Shown in pieces: positions 10,617-23,299 of a DNA stretch of 64,000 nt. Position numbers and translations under genes: made by a program. Every line of letters starts with the position of its first letter. Position 1 is the first letter of the stretch. The stretch comes from Azolla caroliniana (Eukaryota; Plantae; Polypodiophyta), in contig JBHGNT010000003.1 of assembly GCA_043228905.1 (NCBI GenBank), forward strand, positions 22,568,001 through 22,632,000, written 5' to 3'. The notes under the pieces were generated by a model that saw nothing but the letters and a program-made list of their open reading frames with translations, had not been told where the DNA came from and searched no databases.

Positions 10617-13600
10617 ATTAGTTGACTTAAGACTCAAGAGATTACTTTGCTAAAGTGCCTATTTAACAATTGGGCACTTTACTAATTCATAGGGGGCCCT
10701 CTTCAGAAACCATTTTGCAACCTTTTGTAACATTGATACGGATTATGTTACCAATGTCTTGATTTCTTTGAGCATGAGGCAGACCTCATTGTGATAATGA
10801 TTAGTGTTGTTTGTCGTTAAGTTGTTTTGTAAGTGCCTTTTGGTTTTTCAAGTAGGATCATGTTTCTTTCACAAAACATAAGATGCCCCAATTGGGTTTC
10901 ACTGCTTAGGTCCACAAATCTTCAACAAATTCCTTTGTTTTATGTGCAGAGTTTTAAGGCTCCAATCAAGCTATATGAGAAAACCTCACTAAATGAACTC
11001 AATTGTGATTATTTAGACTTGTTATGTGAACAAATTCTCAAAGGAATATGCTAATTACATACTAATCACAAAACAAAAAGTAATCAAGATTATTAATAAA
11101 AAAACACAAGTGACAATAACATTGGGCGAATAGATTTTTCTTTTATAGACAACTTGACAATTGCTTTACAATAAATGCAATCTTGCACAATTTTTGACAG
11201 AAGCATAAATAATGACACAAATTAGGTAACCCCTTACAGAAGTCTCATCATCTTGTCCCTTCTAATGCAACATTCAAACACACAAACCCCTTCCACATGT
11301 ATGCATGCCATTACATGGTTAACGAGCAAGAGATCAAATCGGCATTTATGCATAATGCATCCACATGACATTATTAACAAGTAAATGTAATGCTACTGTT
11401 GTATTTCTCCAACTTGTTGTAAGAACTATATCATATGATTAAAGCAATCTGCCTACTTACAAGATTTTATGAACATTGTTTGTTTGCATTGTTCATAGCA
11501 TTCATAGCTATAAAATCTGTACAATGGGATGGAGAATACAAGAGTTCCTTTTATCATTACATTGCTTGGTGAATACAAGAGTATCCCCTGGTTCTTCAAA
11601 CAACGTTGGTAGGACAAGCATAACCATGGATATCAATAATGTACATAAAACATGTTTTCATGGCATTGTCATCAATATATTTTGATGGTGAATAATCTCT
11701 ATGTGGTTGCACACCCCATTGTTGCCTTTAATAATAAACAGAGACACCTAAGAGTACGTTTGATTTTCCACATCACAGTCATGATGTCTCCATGTGTCTT
11801 ACCATTGTGGATGATGTTTGACTACAACATCAAAAGTGTATCCCACCTTGTGCTTAGGTATGCCTAAAATAAATAATTGCTTGAAATAAATGAGTGTATG
11901 AATCTCATTAGCATATTTCCTAACTTTACACTCCTCTTCAATGTGGATAGGTTGAACAAATGAATGGGTATCTCATCCTTATCCAACACAAATGGAAAAT
12001 CCGTCATTCATGCACCTTTTTCATGTGTTATGGTTTCAATAAACCATTAACCAGTTATATATACTTTATAATCTCATAGCTACTATGTTTTTCCATAGTG
12101 AATTCCGAGTGTACAAATATCTCTCTCAAATTGTGATTATTGAAGTTGCGGGTAAGCTTGCCAATGATGTTGTCTGTTATCATGCTAGATCAATGTATGA
12201 ATGGAAGTCCAAATACAAGCAATGGAATACAAACATTGGGAAACTACACCTTTACTACATGAGAACAAACTAAAAGAGAGAGGACGAAAATTATAATGGA
12301 ATGTAATGAGCACAAGAAAGCCACTAAAAGGTAAAATTTGACAATTGATAATAACTTTTGCAATAATGTAGACAACACATGGGATGTAATGAATGAACTT
12401 TTGCACCTCCATAAGCATGACCACAACCTTGAAAAAGAGATAGTCATACGCTATGTATATGTCTTTGTTAATGATCATAACTAGGTCTAGTGCCCAGGAA
12501 ATAATTCAAACTTGGTCAGTATTTTATAGATCAAGGTTATTGCCAATAATTCCATAGATGTGATAGGAAACAAATATGCCATTATGTGCAAACTTCAAGC
12601 AGAATGTACACCATGTCACAAGCATCCTTGTGAATTAACCTTTACAAAACTGGAAGATACATGACAACAAAGAAAAACTTATACATATTGATAGCAATAT
12701 GCACGACCTTCATAAACAAGGAACATTTTTACTTTCATTCTTAAATAAAGGATATATTATAACTTTTCTAACTAGGCTCCTCAAAACATAAGTTGCCTCT
12801 TTCACATAGTCAATGTAAAACATAAGCAATTGAAATTTAAATCATGGTCACAAGAAAATTAGAAACAACTCTTGCTCATGCAATGAGTTAGGTAATGATG
12901 TTCAGATAACTCAAACCAACTGTTGATGTCAAACTAGTTGGAAGGGATAAACAGTGAGTAAACGAACTTAAACAAACCAAACGTAAATCAATGAAAACAT
13001 AGACACATTATACATATGTTTGTGTATATCAAAATCCCTACGAGTACTTACAATAAAAAGGATATTGTATCTTGACTATAATTGTATTTATTTTAAACTA
13101 CAACACCTGATGATGTAAAGAACTATACATATTTTGGTGGGATTGAGGCTAAAAAAGGGAGAAAAGATTTTATTTTTTTAAAAGCGTTGTTGACCATATC
13201 TCATATGGTAAAAACCATTTTTTGCAAAGTTTTGTGAAAACATATGCAAAGTACACTTTCCTTCATTAGGATCACTTTTATTGGTATGTCGTGTAATAAA
13301 GTTCTTGAATTTCCATACTTAAAAGATAGTTCACACCATAACATGTCAACTTGTAAAAGATTGTAAAAGGGAGCACCAACTTTTATTATGCGTCATTCAG
13401 CTTACATGCGATTATCATTTGTCGCATATGCACAATAGTTGAGGCTATTCGTACACAATTGTTTGCAAAGAAAAACATTATGACTAATAACTATTTCAGG
13501 ACTTATATATGAACATATTTACATTGGCACGATCTTTACATGTTATGTGAAAAGTAATGGAAGCTAAATGGTATGTATATTACCTATAATGAGGCAAAAA

Positions 13601-13939
13601 CTGATCACACAGAATGATTTCATGGTTGTCTTATTCTATGAATGCTATGTAAGATATTCATTTTTCATAACATTTAATGTGCATAAGAGAAATATAAATG
13701 CTTTGAGAGGCAAACTATTGTGCTACACAAGTACACCATACATAAGCATCCTTTACTAAATAATTGGGTAGATGTAATACATGGCAATTGGTGTGACTCT
13801 AACCTAAGCATGGTTCCATGCTTCCCAAACACCTAAATTGTGAAGACCCCAAATAGTTGGAATTTGTAAATTGTCATGACTGAGCAAGTGTAAGGTCTTA
13901 TGTAACTTCAACCCATTTGGTAATGTGGGTTAATAAAAT

Positions 13940-14440
13940 GGTTAGAAGAACTTACCTTCTAGTTAGAAGTCTTTTCTCCTTCACATAAACTTCCAAGACA
14001 CACATGAGAAGGAAGCAAACAAATCCAAAATTTAAGCAAAATTTTATGTTTTGATTGGATGCAAGAAAAGGAAAGGAAAAGTGGCTTGGAAGATCGAACA
14101 TCAAGGTATCATGACATGGGAAAATTGAGGTCTTTTTGCAATGTATGTAGTATAATGTATCACACATTATACTACATATGTTGCACCTAACTACAATACC
14201 ATGTTCTTTCTTGAATGGGGAAGTTGCACACATTAATGCATGCTAGGCCACATCCAACTATGTGTTCCACATATCCTTGACCAAACCCAATCCTCAATCA
14301 TTGTGTGTACTTTCAATTGCTAGAGTTTTAGTAAAGTTCCTAAACATCGAGATGCTACTCAATGTCGCATCTATGACGTGAAAAGGCTATTTTTGGTCTC
14401 ATTGGTCATGTTTGACCTCCAAAGACAATAATATAATCTA
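13940..14440 (+). mobile_element. Degenerate 3' fragment of the RTE/RTEX-like LINE family seen at 59240-61221
   Basis: Antisense ORF FLASNQNIKFC matches YLASNQNTKFC at 59820-60035. 14260-14440 aligns with the reverse complement of 59265-59460, including the 3' hairpin and taatataatc tail. Confidence 0.75.
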
Positions 14441-15404
14441 CCTCCTTCACACATAGTATATGTTATGTGTGTTAATATGTAGCCTATGAGTGGGAAAAAC
14501 TTATATATTGCATGCTTTAACACTTAGATAGTGCTTACTTAGTCACATGCTTACAACCAACTGGATTGGAAAGGATCAAGATTATATATTGCTTTGAATG
14601 GAAAAAGGTTGTAATTGGAAAGCATATCTACTTTCAAGCTATCATGTGCTTTATCATTTATATATTGTTGTCTTATAGCAATTGCAACATGTGGAGTCAA
14701 ACTAGATAAGATGAAGGTTATATTTTACTTGTTCAAAGCCACCAAGATGTAAAAGTCAAGAGGCTATATTGCAAATTCTTTAGTTTTGGCACTTGTTCGA
14801 TTGTACATACCTTAAGGGCATCCGTCCATAGTTCGTCATTGTAATATGGAATTAATAAAAGGGGGTCTCCCTCTAATTGATCACAAGTAGGTAAAGCCAA
14901 TAATATTTATCTTGTTCTTGCCAAATGGTTCTCATCATTCATAATGGGGCAATGGTCTACAATAACCATTAAATTGAAAGAACTCAAGTTTGATCCTCAC
15001 CATAGGCTTGGCCCTGTCCCATTGACTCCAATTCATCCTCAAGGACGTCAAAAAGTATATTTTTGTGCCTCCCTCTTGTCTCTCAACCTCTTTGGCTTGT
15101 TTATGTTCAATTTCACTTCCTACTCCAACTCCAACTCCACCTATCCAACATCTTGTTCATCTATTCTTTACTCATGTGACAACATCTCATCCTAACACTC
15201 CTACATCCTCATCCTCATCCACTCATCATCAAAATCCAACCTCAGTGTTATCCCCTTGACTTTCAACATGCTAATCTTGTCAAAACAATACCAATTAGCC
15301 CAACACAACCTGGTTTCCCCTATTTGTAGAGAATTCCTTCTTACTTCTTAATGAATACTCCAATCAAAGCCAGTTGTTGCATCTCAGTTAATAACATTTA
15401 TACC

Positions 15405-15810
15405 CTATTACAAGGCTCTTGGGCTAATTTGTCATATGCATCAAAGTTTCAATGTCATGAAGATACTACAAAGCATGCATGCTTGGTTGTAACATTTTAT
15501 GACCAACAGCATGTTTTATAGCCTATAACAAGACTCTTGGGCATATTTCTCATATGTATCAAAATTACACACTATAAATCAAGCATGCTCGAGTGGAATT
15601 GCCACATTTTATGACCAATAGCATGTTGAATTGAAGAAGATGGATAAAAAGAAGCAATATTCAAACTTATAACAAGACTCTTGGGCAAATTTGCCATATA
15701 TATCAAAGTTTTATACTATAAATCATGCATGTTTGAGTGGAATTGCCACATTTTATGACCAAGAGCATGTTGACTTGAAGACAGATGGATGAAAAAAAGC
15801 AATATCTAAA
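15405..15810. repeat. Diverged tandem duplication, ~120-145 bp x3
   Basis: Recurring taacaagactcttgggc...atcaaa...cattttatgaccaa.agcatgtt. Confidence 0.8.
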
Positions 15811-18039
15811 CAAACTCTAAAAGAGATAAAAGTAAACTAAGAGACGTAACAAGGAGAATTGGTAGTTAACACCAATTTGTTTGATTATGATACATGCTGT
15901 AACATCTTAATAAACCCAATTAGAAAAATTGATAGGTCCATCTTATAATTGATATAGAATCTAATGTAATAACCACAGATAGTGACTCCTAATAATCAAG
16001 AATCATTAACTAGCAATTGCCAAAATTCCTGTTATTAACATCCCTTAGTGGTATCTATGTTTACTCTTCACCTCGGCTTGACTAAGGTCAAGTTCTATCT
16101 TTTCCTCACTTAGCTTTTTTCTAAGTTTATTTGAGTCGCTATTACGAAACATGAATGCTACACTTAATGACATGGCGCTCTTAACACATCCATGCAAATT
16201 TTTAAATCAAACTTTTATCCTAAATGCAAATTCACATTAATTTATATTACAATATTCTACAAAATTTGTGCAATGTGCAAATGTATTAAGTTGGTTGATC
16301 TTCCTAGACCATTTCTCACACACTCACGATTGTCATTCATGTTTTGGTGATGTTCATAATGTGATGATGATAACAAGAAACGGACAATAAAGTTTCTTTG
16401 ATTAGTTCCACAAGGAATTTAAGTAAAATAGCCAACCTCTTGCTCAACCTATGTTTGTGTCATCTTGTTAAAAAGATGCAAAAGCCTTAAGCCTTGAAGT
16501 TGACCACTTTGTTTTTGTTGAGCTCTTTTTGTTGGAGCTTGGAAGTGAACATCTTTAAGTTGTGCCATGTGTCCTATAAGGTCTTTGTATCATGTAGGCA
16601 CGGTTATGTCGATGAATAATCCTCCCCCTTTGCTATCATGTAAAAGAACTAGAGAATACAATTCTATATAGAGCAATAGACTATGTAATATATGTGTGTT
16701 TTACAAAGAGAGAATTATACACCAAAGCAAGATGAGGAAAGTTTACAGAAATAATGAAGTCAATGATAATCTACAATATAATTAAAAGTAGATAATCAAC
16801 TATATAGGACTATGTGTAAGCACATATAAAAGTTAAGAGCAATCTGATGAATGGGAGAAGTACGTGATACCTGGAATATCTTGTTCATTAATGAAATCAC
16901 ATCTCTCATTCATCCCTAATGTTGACGAGAAACCTTCCTTAAGCTTATTACAGCTAGCAAATTATTTGTGAAGAGCTCGCAAATTTACATACGAAAAGAG
17001 AGAGAACTACCAATGTAATGACCCCTATCTATGAGACAATTCCTAGCTCTCAAGCAACTTGCTTATTGGAGAAAAGATAATTGTCAACAAAGGATGCATA
17101 GCTACAAATGAAGTCTAGAGATAAAGAGACTTAGAACCTACAAAAAACTTATAGAACCCACAAAGCTACAAAGGAGCACTGAAAGGACTTTTGACATTTC
17201 CTATAGAAGAACATCAAGTTAAAAACAATTTAACATACAAGCTAAAGTATGGCCAAAACAAGAACATACGAACCAACCCTCATAAGTTAAACAACTTGTA
17301 GGAAATCCAAAACATCTCAATGATGAGCAAAGCTCAAAACGGAAAAGCAAGAGATCAAGCACTCAACTACATTCCAATGGGGTTGAAACCAGAAGTGAAC
17401 ATTCACATCAAAAGCTAGGATAGAATACCCTGCAAAGTTCCAAAAGTCATTTTGCACTCATAGAGGTGCCAACTAGGGGAGCTATGGGAAGGTAAGCTAA
17501 ACCATGACTTCTACAAACTACTTCAAGATATCCATTGCTGGAGAAGTAGCCTCTAAGAAGGAAATATGTTAGATATTACACTTAGACATATACACATGGC
17601 CATTGAAGAACATGACATAAAAAGTGCTTTAATGATAGTTAAAATAGAGGACATAGAACAATCCCTAACAAGGATAAATAAACATGAAACAACTAAAGGC
17701 AAAGCACGAGAAATCCATAGCTTGACTGCAAATAATGACTCAATGAGGACTCACACCCTAATAGCCCTAGTAGAATCATAAAGTTAGATATTTTATATCA
17801 TAAGTCATAGATGCCTAAAGGGATCAACACGACTCATGCCTTGGAGCTTCCAAAGGTCCACTATTTACCCTCGAGGGGTCACCTTACTCACAATGGACAA
17901 GCAAAATGAGGGCCATCACTTCCCAATGGCAAAGACTGCATCATACATCAACACATAAAAACACGTACCTCTCTATTCTATGCAACCATGGAAGCCTTGA
18001 AGCTTTCAAAAGTTACCTAAAATTAACACACCAAACCAT

Positions 18040-18400
18040 TACATTAAATAAGAAATATGTTAGTCTTAATTAAATAAATAGTTATTATGTAAAAAAACAT
18101 TTGAGGCGTCTCAATTAAATAGATAATTACAAAATAAAAAGTATATATATCTCTATTCATTAGTGTAAAAAAGCTACATGGAAGGAAATGGCTATTAGTG
18201 AATACAAAGGTGAGAGAATGAGAACCAATAGGTAGCCCGAGTGTTGGGGCACCCAACGGTTGCTTTGACATGAGACCTCTTGCCCTTTTAGATAGGTTAG
18301 AAACCCCAAAGGGTCCCTTTCACATTACAAGCCCATTGTAATTAGCCATTGCTACCTAATAAAGGGTAGTTCTCCATAATTAAAACACGACCATATCTTT
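18040..18400 (-). repeat. Dispersed repeat family, copy 2
   Basis: Reverse complement aligns with 5960-6330 and 22840-23110. Confidence 0.65.
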
Positions 18401-19741
18401 TGTTTAAATTCGGCCTATAACCAATATTCTAAATTAAAAATATTAAGCCTCATGGGGTAGTTAAAACTAAAGAATATGCAATTATTCTCTTAACAAGCAA
18501 TATCTCTTCATGTGTTTTTTGTTGACCTATTGACCGGTACAAGGAGTGCAGAACGGTGAAATCATCGATGGGTTATAGATAAGTCGAGAGGAGAAGAGAC
18601 CACCAAGATCGATTTGAGCGCACCCGAATCATAGACAAAACTTGGAGTAGGTGAGAATTAGACGAAGATAAAGGGAGGGGAAAGGGAAATGAGGGATTAA
18701 AACACTAATAATAAAACTCTAATTAAGAATAAAACACTAAATAAGATTAAAACATACCTATATGCTTGAGCAAGAGAAAGAGAGGGATTAAACAAAACTA
18801 ACCTTCATTAAGATAAGGTTTACAATGAGATTAGGGGAAATGAGAAGACTATATAATATAATGAGGGGGATTGTAGAAATAGGTTATAAAGAAAAAATTA
18901 GAAGGGGTTGAGAAATAAAAATTAACTTGAAGGGGCTAAAAAAGGCTAGAAAAAAAGTCAAGGAACTGATGGAGAGGGGTAGGGAAAAGAGAAAAGGGAG
19001 GGGTATGAATGAATATAAGAGAAAGTAAGAGACAATTAAAAGGAAACATAAAAGTAAATTTGGGAAGGGTAGGATTGGGAAAACAATTAGAGGGGGGCGA
19101 GAAATACTACAATAGAAATTAAAATTAAATTGAAGGGGTTAAAAATAAAAAGGCTAGAAAGTAAAAAAAAACTCAAGGAAACAAATGGAGAAGGTTAAAG
19201 AAAAGAGAAAAGGGAGGGGTATGAATGAACACAAGAGAAAGTAAGAGAAGATAAAATGAAAAATCAAAATAACATAAAGTAAATTGGGAAGAGTAGGATT
19301 GGAAATAGGAGAGGGTGGGGCAAGGGTAGAGTTGAAATTAGGTGGAAGTGCGGAGATGTAAGTTCGTAACAAACATCATGCTATGCGATAGAGAGTAGGG
19401 TTGAAGATACAACATTTCTAAAATTAATACAAAGTCTCGGCTACCAAGTGTAGTTACTCTTGCCTCTCCCATATCTCACTTTCTTTTACCTTACCTTAGC
19501 CTAGTCTCTTCTCTTTGTAAATCCTTCCTCTTTCTTCACATATTACTCTCCTTACCTCTCTCTTACATTTTAGTTACTCTTGCCTCTCCACTCTCTCTCC
19601 CCTTTCTCTTTTTCACGTTTCCCTACCTCTCTCCACTCTCTTCCCAATGTCTAATCACTCCTCTCTCTCTCCCTTTCTTCTATTCCTCTCTTCCTTTTTT
19701 CTAAGTTCCCCTCTCTCCACTCTCATCCCTATGTCTAATCA

Positions 19742-19798
<57 letters not shown>

Positions 19799-19868
19799 CT
19801 TTTCTTCTATTCCCCTCTTCCTTTTTTCTAAGTTCACCTCTCTCCACTCTCTTCCCTATGTCTAATCA

Positions 19869-19910
<42 letters not shown>

Positions 19911-20331
19911 CCCCTTTCTTCTTTTCCCTCTTCCTTTTTTTCTAAGTTTCCCCCTCTCTAGTTCTATACCTCCCTTACTCTCCCCTTTTGTTTCCTATTT
20001 TTGCCTTTATTGTTACCTTTTCATCCCCTTAGATTTTTTAAACACCCACTATTACCCCTTGACATTAACTCTCTCCCCCTCATTATATTATATAGCCTTC
20101 TCTTCTCTCATTCCCCTTTTTCAATAATACCCATTAACACACCTCCACTCCCCACTCCTTATTCTCATTTTTCTAATGCCTCTCCTAAACCTCCCTATAT
20201 AAACATCATCAACCCCCAAAGGTCACTTAGCACTGATAAGCCCCATAGGGGGCGAAACTAGTTTGCTCATGGTCGTTCCCATTTCCCTTAATCTCATTAT
20301 AAACCCTATCTTAATGAAAATTAGTTTTATT

Positions 20332-20379
<48 letters not shown>

Positions 20380-20382
<3 letters not shown>

Positions 20383-21170
20383 AGATATGTAGGTTATGTC
20401 ACATACTAATGGAGTCCCTAGGGAAGAAAGGATATGTAGGTTATGTCACATACTAATGGAGTCCCTAGGGAGGAAAGGATATGTAGGTTATGTCACATAA
20501 AGATAGAGGATGAGTATCACTTTACATGCAAGTACCCAACCTACGCTGAGATAAGGGCAAAATACCAAGATATACTTGGTTCCTCTCCCACCCTCCCCAA
20601 ATTATTAGATACTCTAGATATAAAGAAATTAGGCAAATACGTTCTAGAGCTAAAACAACACAAAGAGAATAGGTTACAAAATGTTGACAATAATGTTGTT
20701 AATGTTCACCAACACATAACAAATGAAGTTTTTCAAGAACAGGAGGAGACAACGAATGTCGACACACCTACACCACTCAGCCTTTCCCTTGATAAGGCAA
20801 AAAACCAAAGAAGAACCAGACGTCCTCGGGTGCCGGGTTTCAAAGCAACTCGACGTGGTGTGGAAGCAATAATGAAAATAAGGGACTGTGAGCTACATCA
20901 CCTAGAAGCCATGGCTAGGGCACTCTCTACACTAAAACCACGGGTCACACCCTTTTCGAGAGGCTTGGGTGGAAATAAAATTAGGCTTAGTGTAAAGTCA
21001 CTTCCTTTATCAAGTATACCACGTATTGTATACACTACTAGAACTCTTTTAGCTTAAATCCTATGTTTACTTTATTTTCTTTTAGTTATGATGACTGGAT
21101 AAACACTCATTTTGTTGTAAACCAATTGTCTCATGGGCCAATTTTGGCCTTAGAAGACGTTAATATATCT
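20380..21170 (+). mobile_element. 5'-truncated RTE/RTEX-like LINE (C-terminal Cys/His region and 3'UTR) inserted at a (CT)n site
   Basis: ORF GVPREERICRLCHIKIEDEYHFTCKYPTYAEIR resembles the C-terminal zinc-knuckle of non-LTR ORF2. Absent from the paralogous left arm. 3' hairpin shared with the other copies, and a ~47-bp duplication at the 5' junction. Confidence 0.75.
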
Positions 21171-21379
21171 TTCTTTCTTTCTCAAGCATATGGGTATATT
21201 TTAATCCTATTTAGTGTTTTATTCTTAATTAGAGTTTTACTATTAGTGTTTTGATCCCTCATCTCCCTCTCCCCTTCCTTCATCTCTTCTAATTCTCACC
21301 TACACCAAGTTTTGTCTACGATCCGGGTGCGCTCAAATCAATCTTTGTGGTCTCTTCTCCATCTCGACTTATCTACAAT

Positions 21380-22017
21380 TGTTACCCGTAAGAGTATACG
21401 AGAAGGCATAAGGGTAGGTGTAATGATATGATTAATGTGTATGTGTAAAGTAAATGAGTGTATGAGGATGTGTATGAGTTTAGACATATACACAATTATG
21501 ATGTGCATCTGTACAAGAATGTGTAACAATCTTATTTATAACGGTCATGTAACCGTTACATTGGATGTATTATATAAATCCCTTATGGACATGTAATGAA
21601 TAGACATTTTTCACCTCTCATTTTGTGTCATTTTGTATGTATTTCGCTCTTGCTCTCTCTCTAACTTAACCCCCTTGGGAGGGGGGTGAAGCCATTCTAG
21701 GTTTTACCCCCCACCTAATAGCACTTTTAAGTTAGAGAGAGAGCAAAAGAGAAAGACAAATACAAAATGACACAAAATGAGAGGGGAAAAATGTTTATTT
21801 ATTACATGCCCATAAAGGGTTTATATAATACATCCAATGTAACGATTACATGACCATTATAAATAAGACCGTGACACATTCTTGTACATATGCACATAAT
21901 TGTGCATGTGTCCAAATATATATACATATCCTCACACACTGATTTACTTTACACATACACATCAACCACATCATTACACCTACCCTTATGTCTCCTCATA
22001 TATTCTTACGAGTAACA
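21380..22017. mobile_element. Foldback element, ~290-bp inverted arms, TGTTAC...GTAACA ends, 5-bp TSD
   Basis: 21380-21669 is the diverged reverse complement of ~21727-22017. Flanks acaat/acaac. The empty site is visible in the paralogous arm at ~18567-18585. Confidence 0.85.
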
Positions 22018-22839
22018 ACAACCTATCGATAATTTCACCATTCTACACTCCTTGTACTTGTCAAAAGGTCAACAAAAAAACATGGAAACATAAAGTACAA
22101 AACAAACATAATCACACACTCCAAGAGCAAGCATCCTATCACTTATCTTAGATAACATGGACATCACCACCTTGTCTCACACCATGCATTTTACTAGTAA
22201 CCATGGCAAAAGGACATCAAACACCATTGGATCTCCACTCCCAAACACTTTGTTTCCCAAGTGGCCAAGTTTGAGTGACCCAAACTAAGAAAATGGCTAT
22301 AAAGGAAATACTCTTGGCCATATCAAGTGTTTCAAGTAGGTACTTAATTCATGTGAAGCATACATCATTGAGTTTTAAACCCTAAATGACCAACTAGGGA
22401 GGTGATTTCACTTCAGCATGGATTTTACAAAGAGACTTGCTTGACAAGTAGCTAAGTGGAGTCCAAAAGAAAACGATTCTTAGTAAAGCAAAAGGTTAGT
22501 GAAGTAATAAGTGATTATATACTTAGAATGAGGGATTTGCATTTTAAATGAGAACGAAAGGATTAGCGAAATGACTCTACTTCAAACCAAGCAATTGAAG
22601 TAGAAGATATGCCTTTGTTTTAAAGCAAGGGTCTAAAAGAGAAATAAAGTAGGCTTCATCACATACTATAAGCCCATGAAGAGATGTTATGTTAAGGTAA
22701 GTAATGTTTTATTGTCTAGTTTTAATAACCCTGTAAGGCTTCACATTTCTAATTTAAAATAACAGTTACAAGAATGTAAGAAATATGACATATTGTAATT
22801 TGTGGGAAAATACAGTTTTCTTAGATAGGAATGGTTAAT

Positions 22840-23110
22840 GACCAATGGATTTCGAATATGAAATGGGACCCTTTAAGGTTTCCAATTTGTATAATAGATT
22901 ATGATCTCTCATGTAAAAGGGCCTTTGTATGCCCTAACTTTGGGGCTATCTTTTGGTCTGGATCCTCTCCCCTTTGTATCCTATAATATATCATTTTCCT
23001 CCATATAGCTTTTCCACACTAATTAATCAAGATATACATGTTTTTTACTTAATAACTATCTACTTAATTGAGGCTTCGTGTCTACTTCTTATGTAATAAT
23101 TATCTATTGA
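22840..23110 (+). repeat. Dispersed repeat family, copy 3
   Basis: Aligns with 5960-6330 and reverse complement of 18040-18400. Confidence 0.65.
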
Positions 23111-23299
23111 ATTAAGATCATGAAATTGCTTAAATAACATGGCAGTTAAATATGTGCTAATTTTATATTAAATTACGAATAATACTTCTACCAATTGCAT
23201 GGAGTTGAGATGTAATTGTTATTATGTGTTGATGTATGACATGGTCTTTGGCATTGAGGGGTGACATCCTACAATCACTTGATTATCCACGTAGAGGAA

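Larger units (their letters stand above)
18507..22087. mobile_element. Large inverted-repeat structure: left arm 18507-18870; right arm 20070-22087 interrupted by a LINE fragment and a foldback element
   Basis: 18507-18575 is the reverse complement of 22020-22087, 18575-18780 of 21170-21379, 18780-18842 of 20280-20340, and 18843-18870 of ~20075-20102. No convincing outer TSD. Confidence 0.75.

Noticed and set aside
16600-17950. A-rich coding-like stretch, possibly a retroelement ORF1/gag relic
   Set aside because: No recognisable motif or termini, too degenerate to call.
20443-21057. 204-aa ORF as a standalone zinc-finger host gene
   Set aside because: It is the tail of a truncated LINE, absent from the paralogous empty site, and its ATG comes from the 5' junction duplication.
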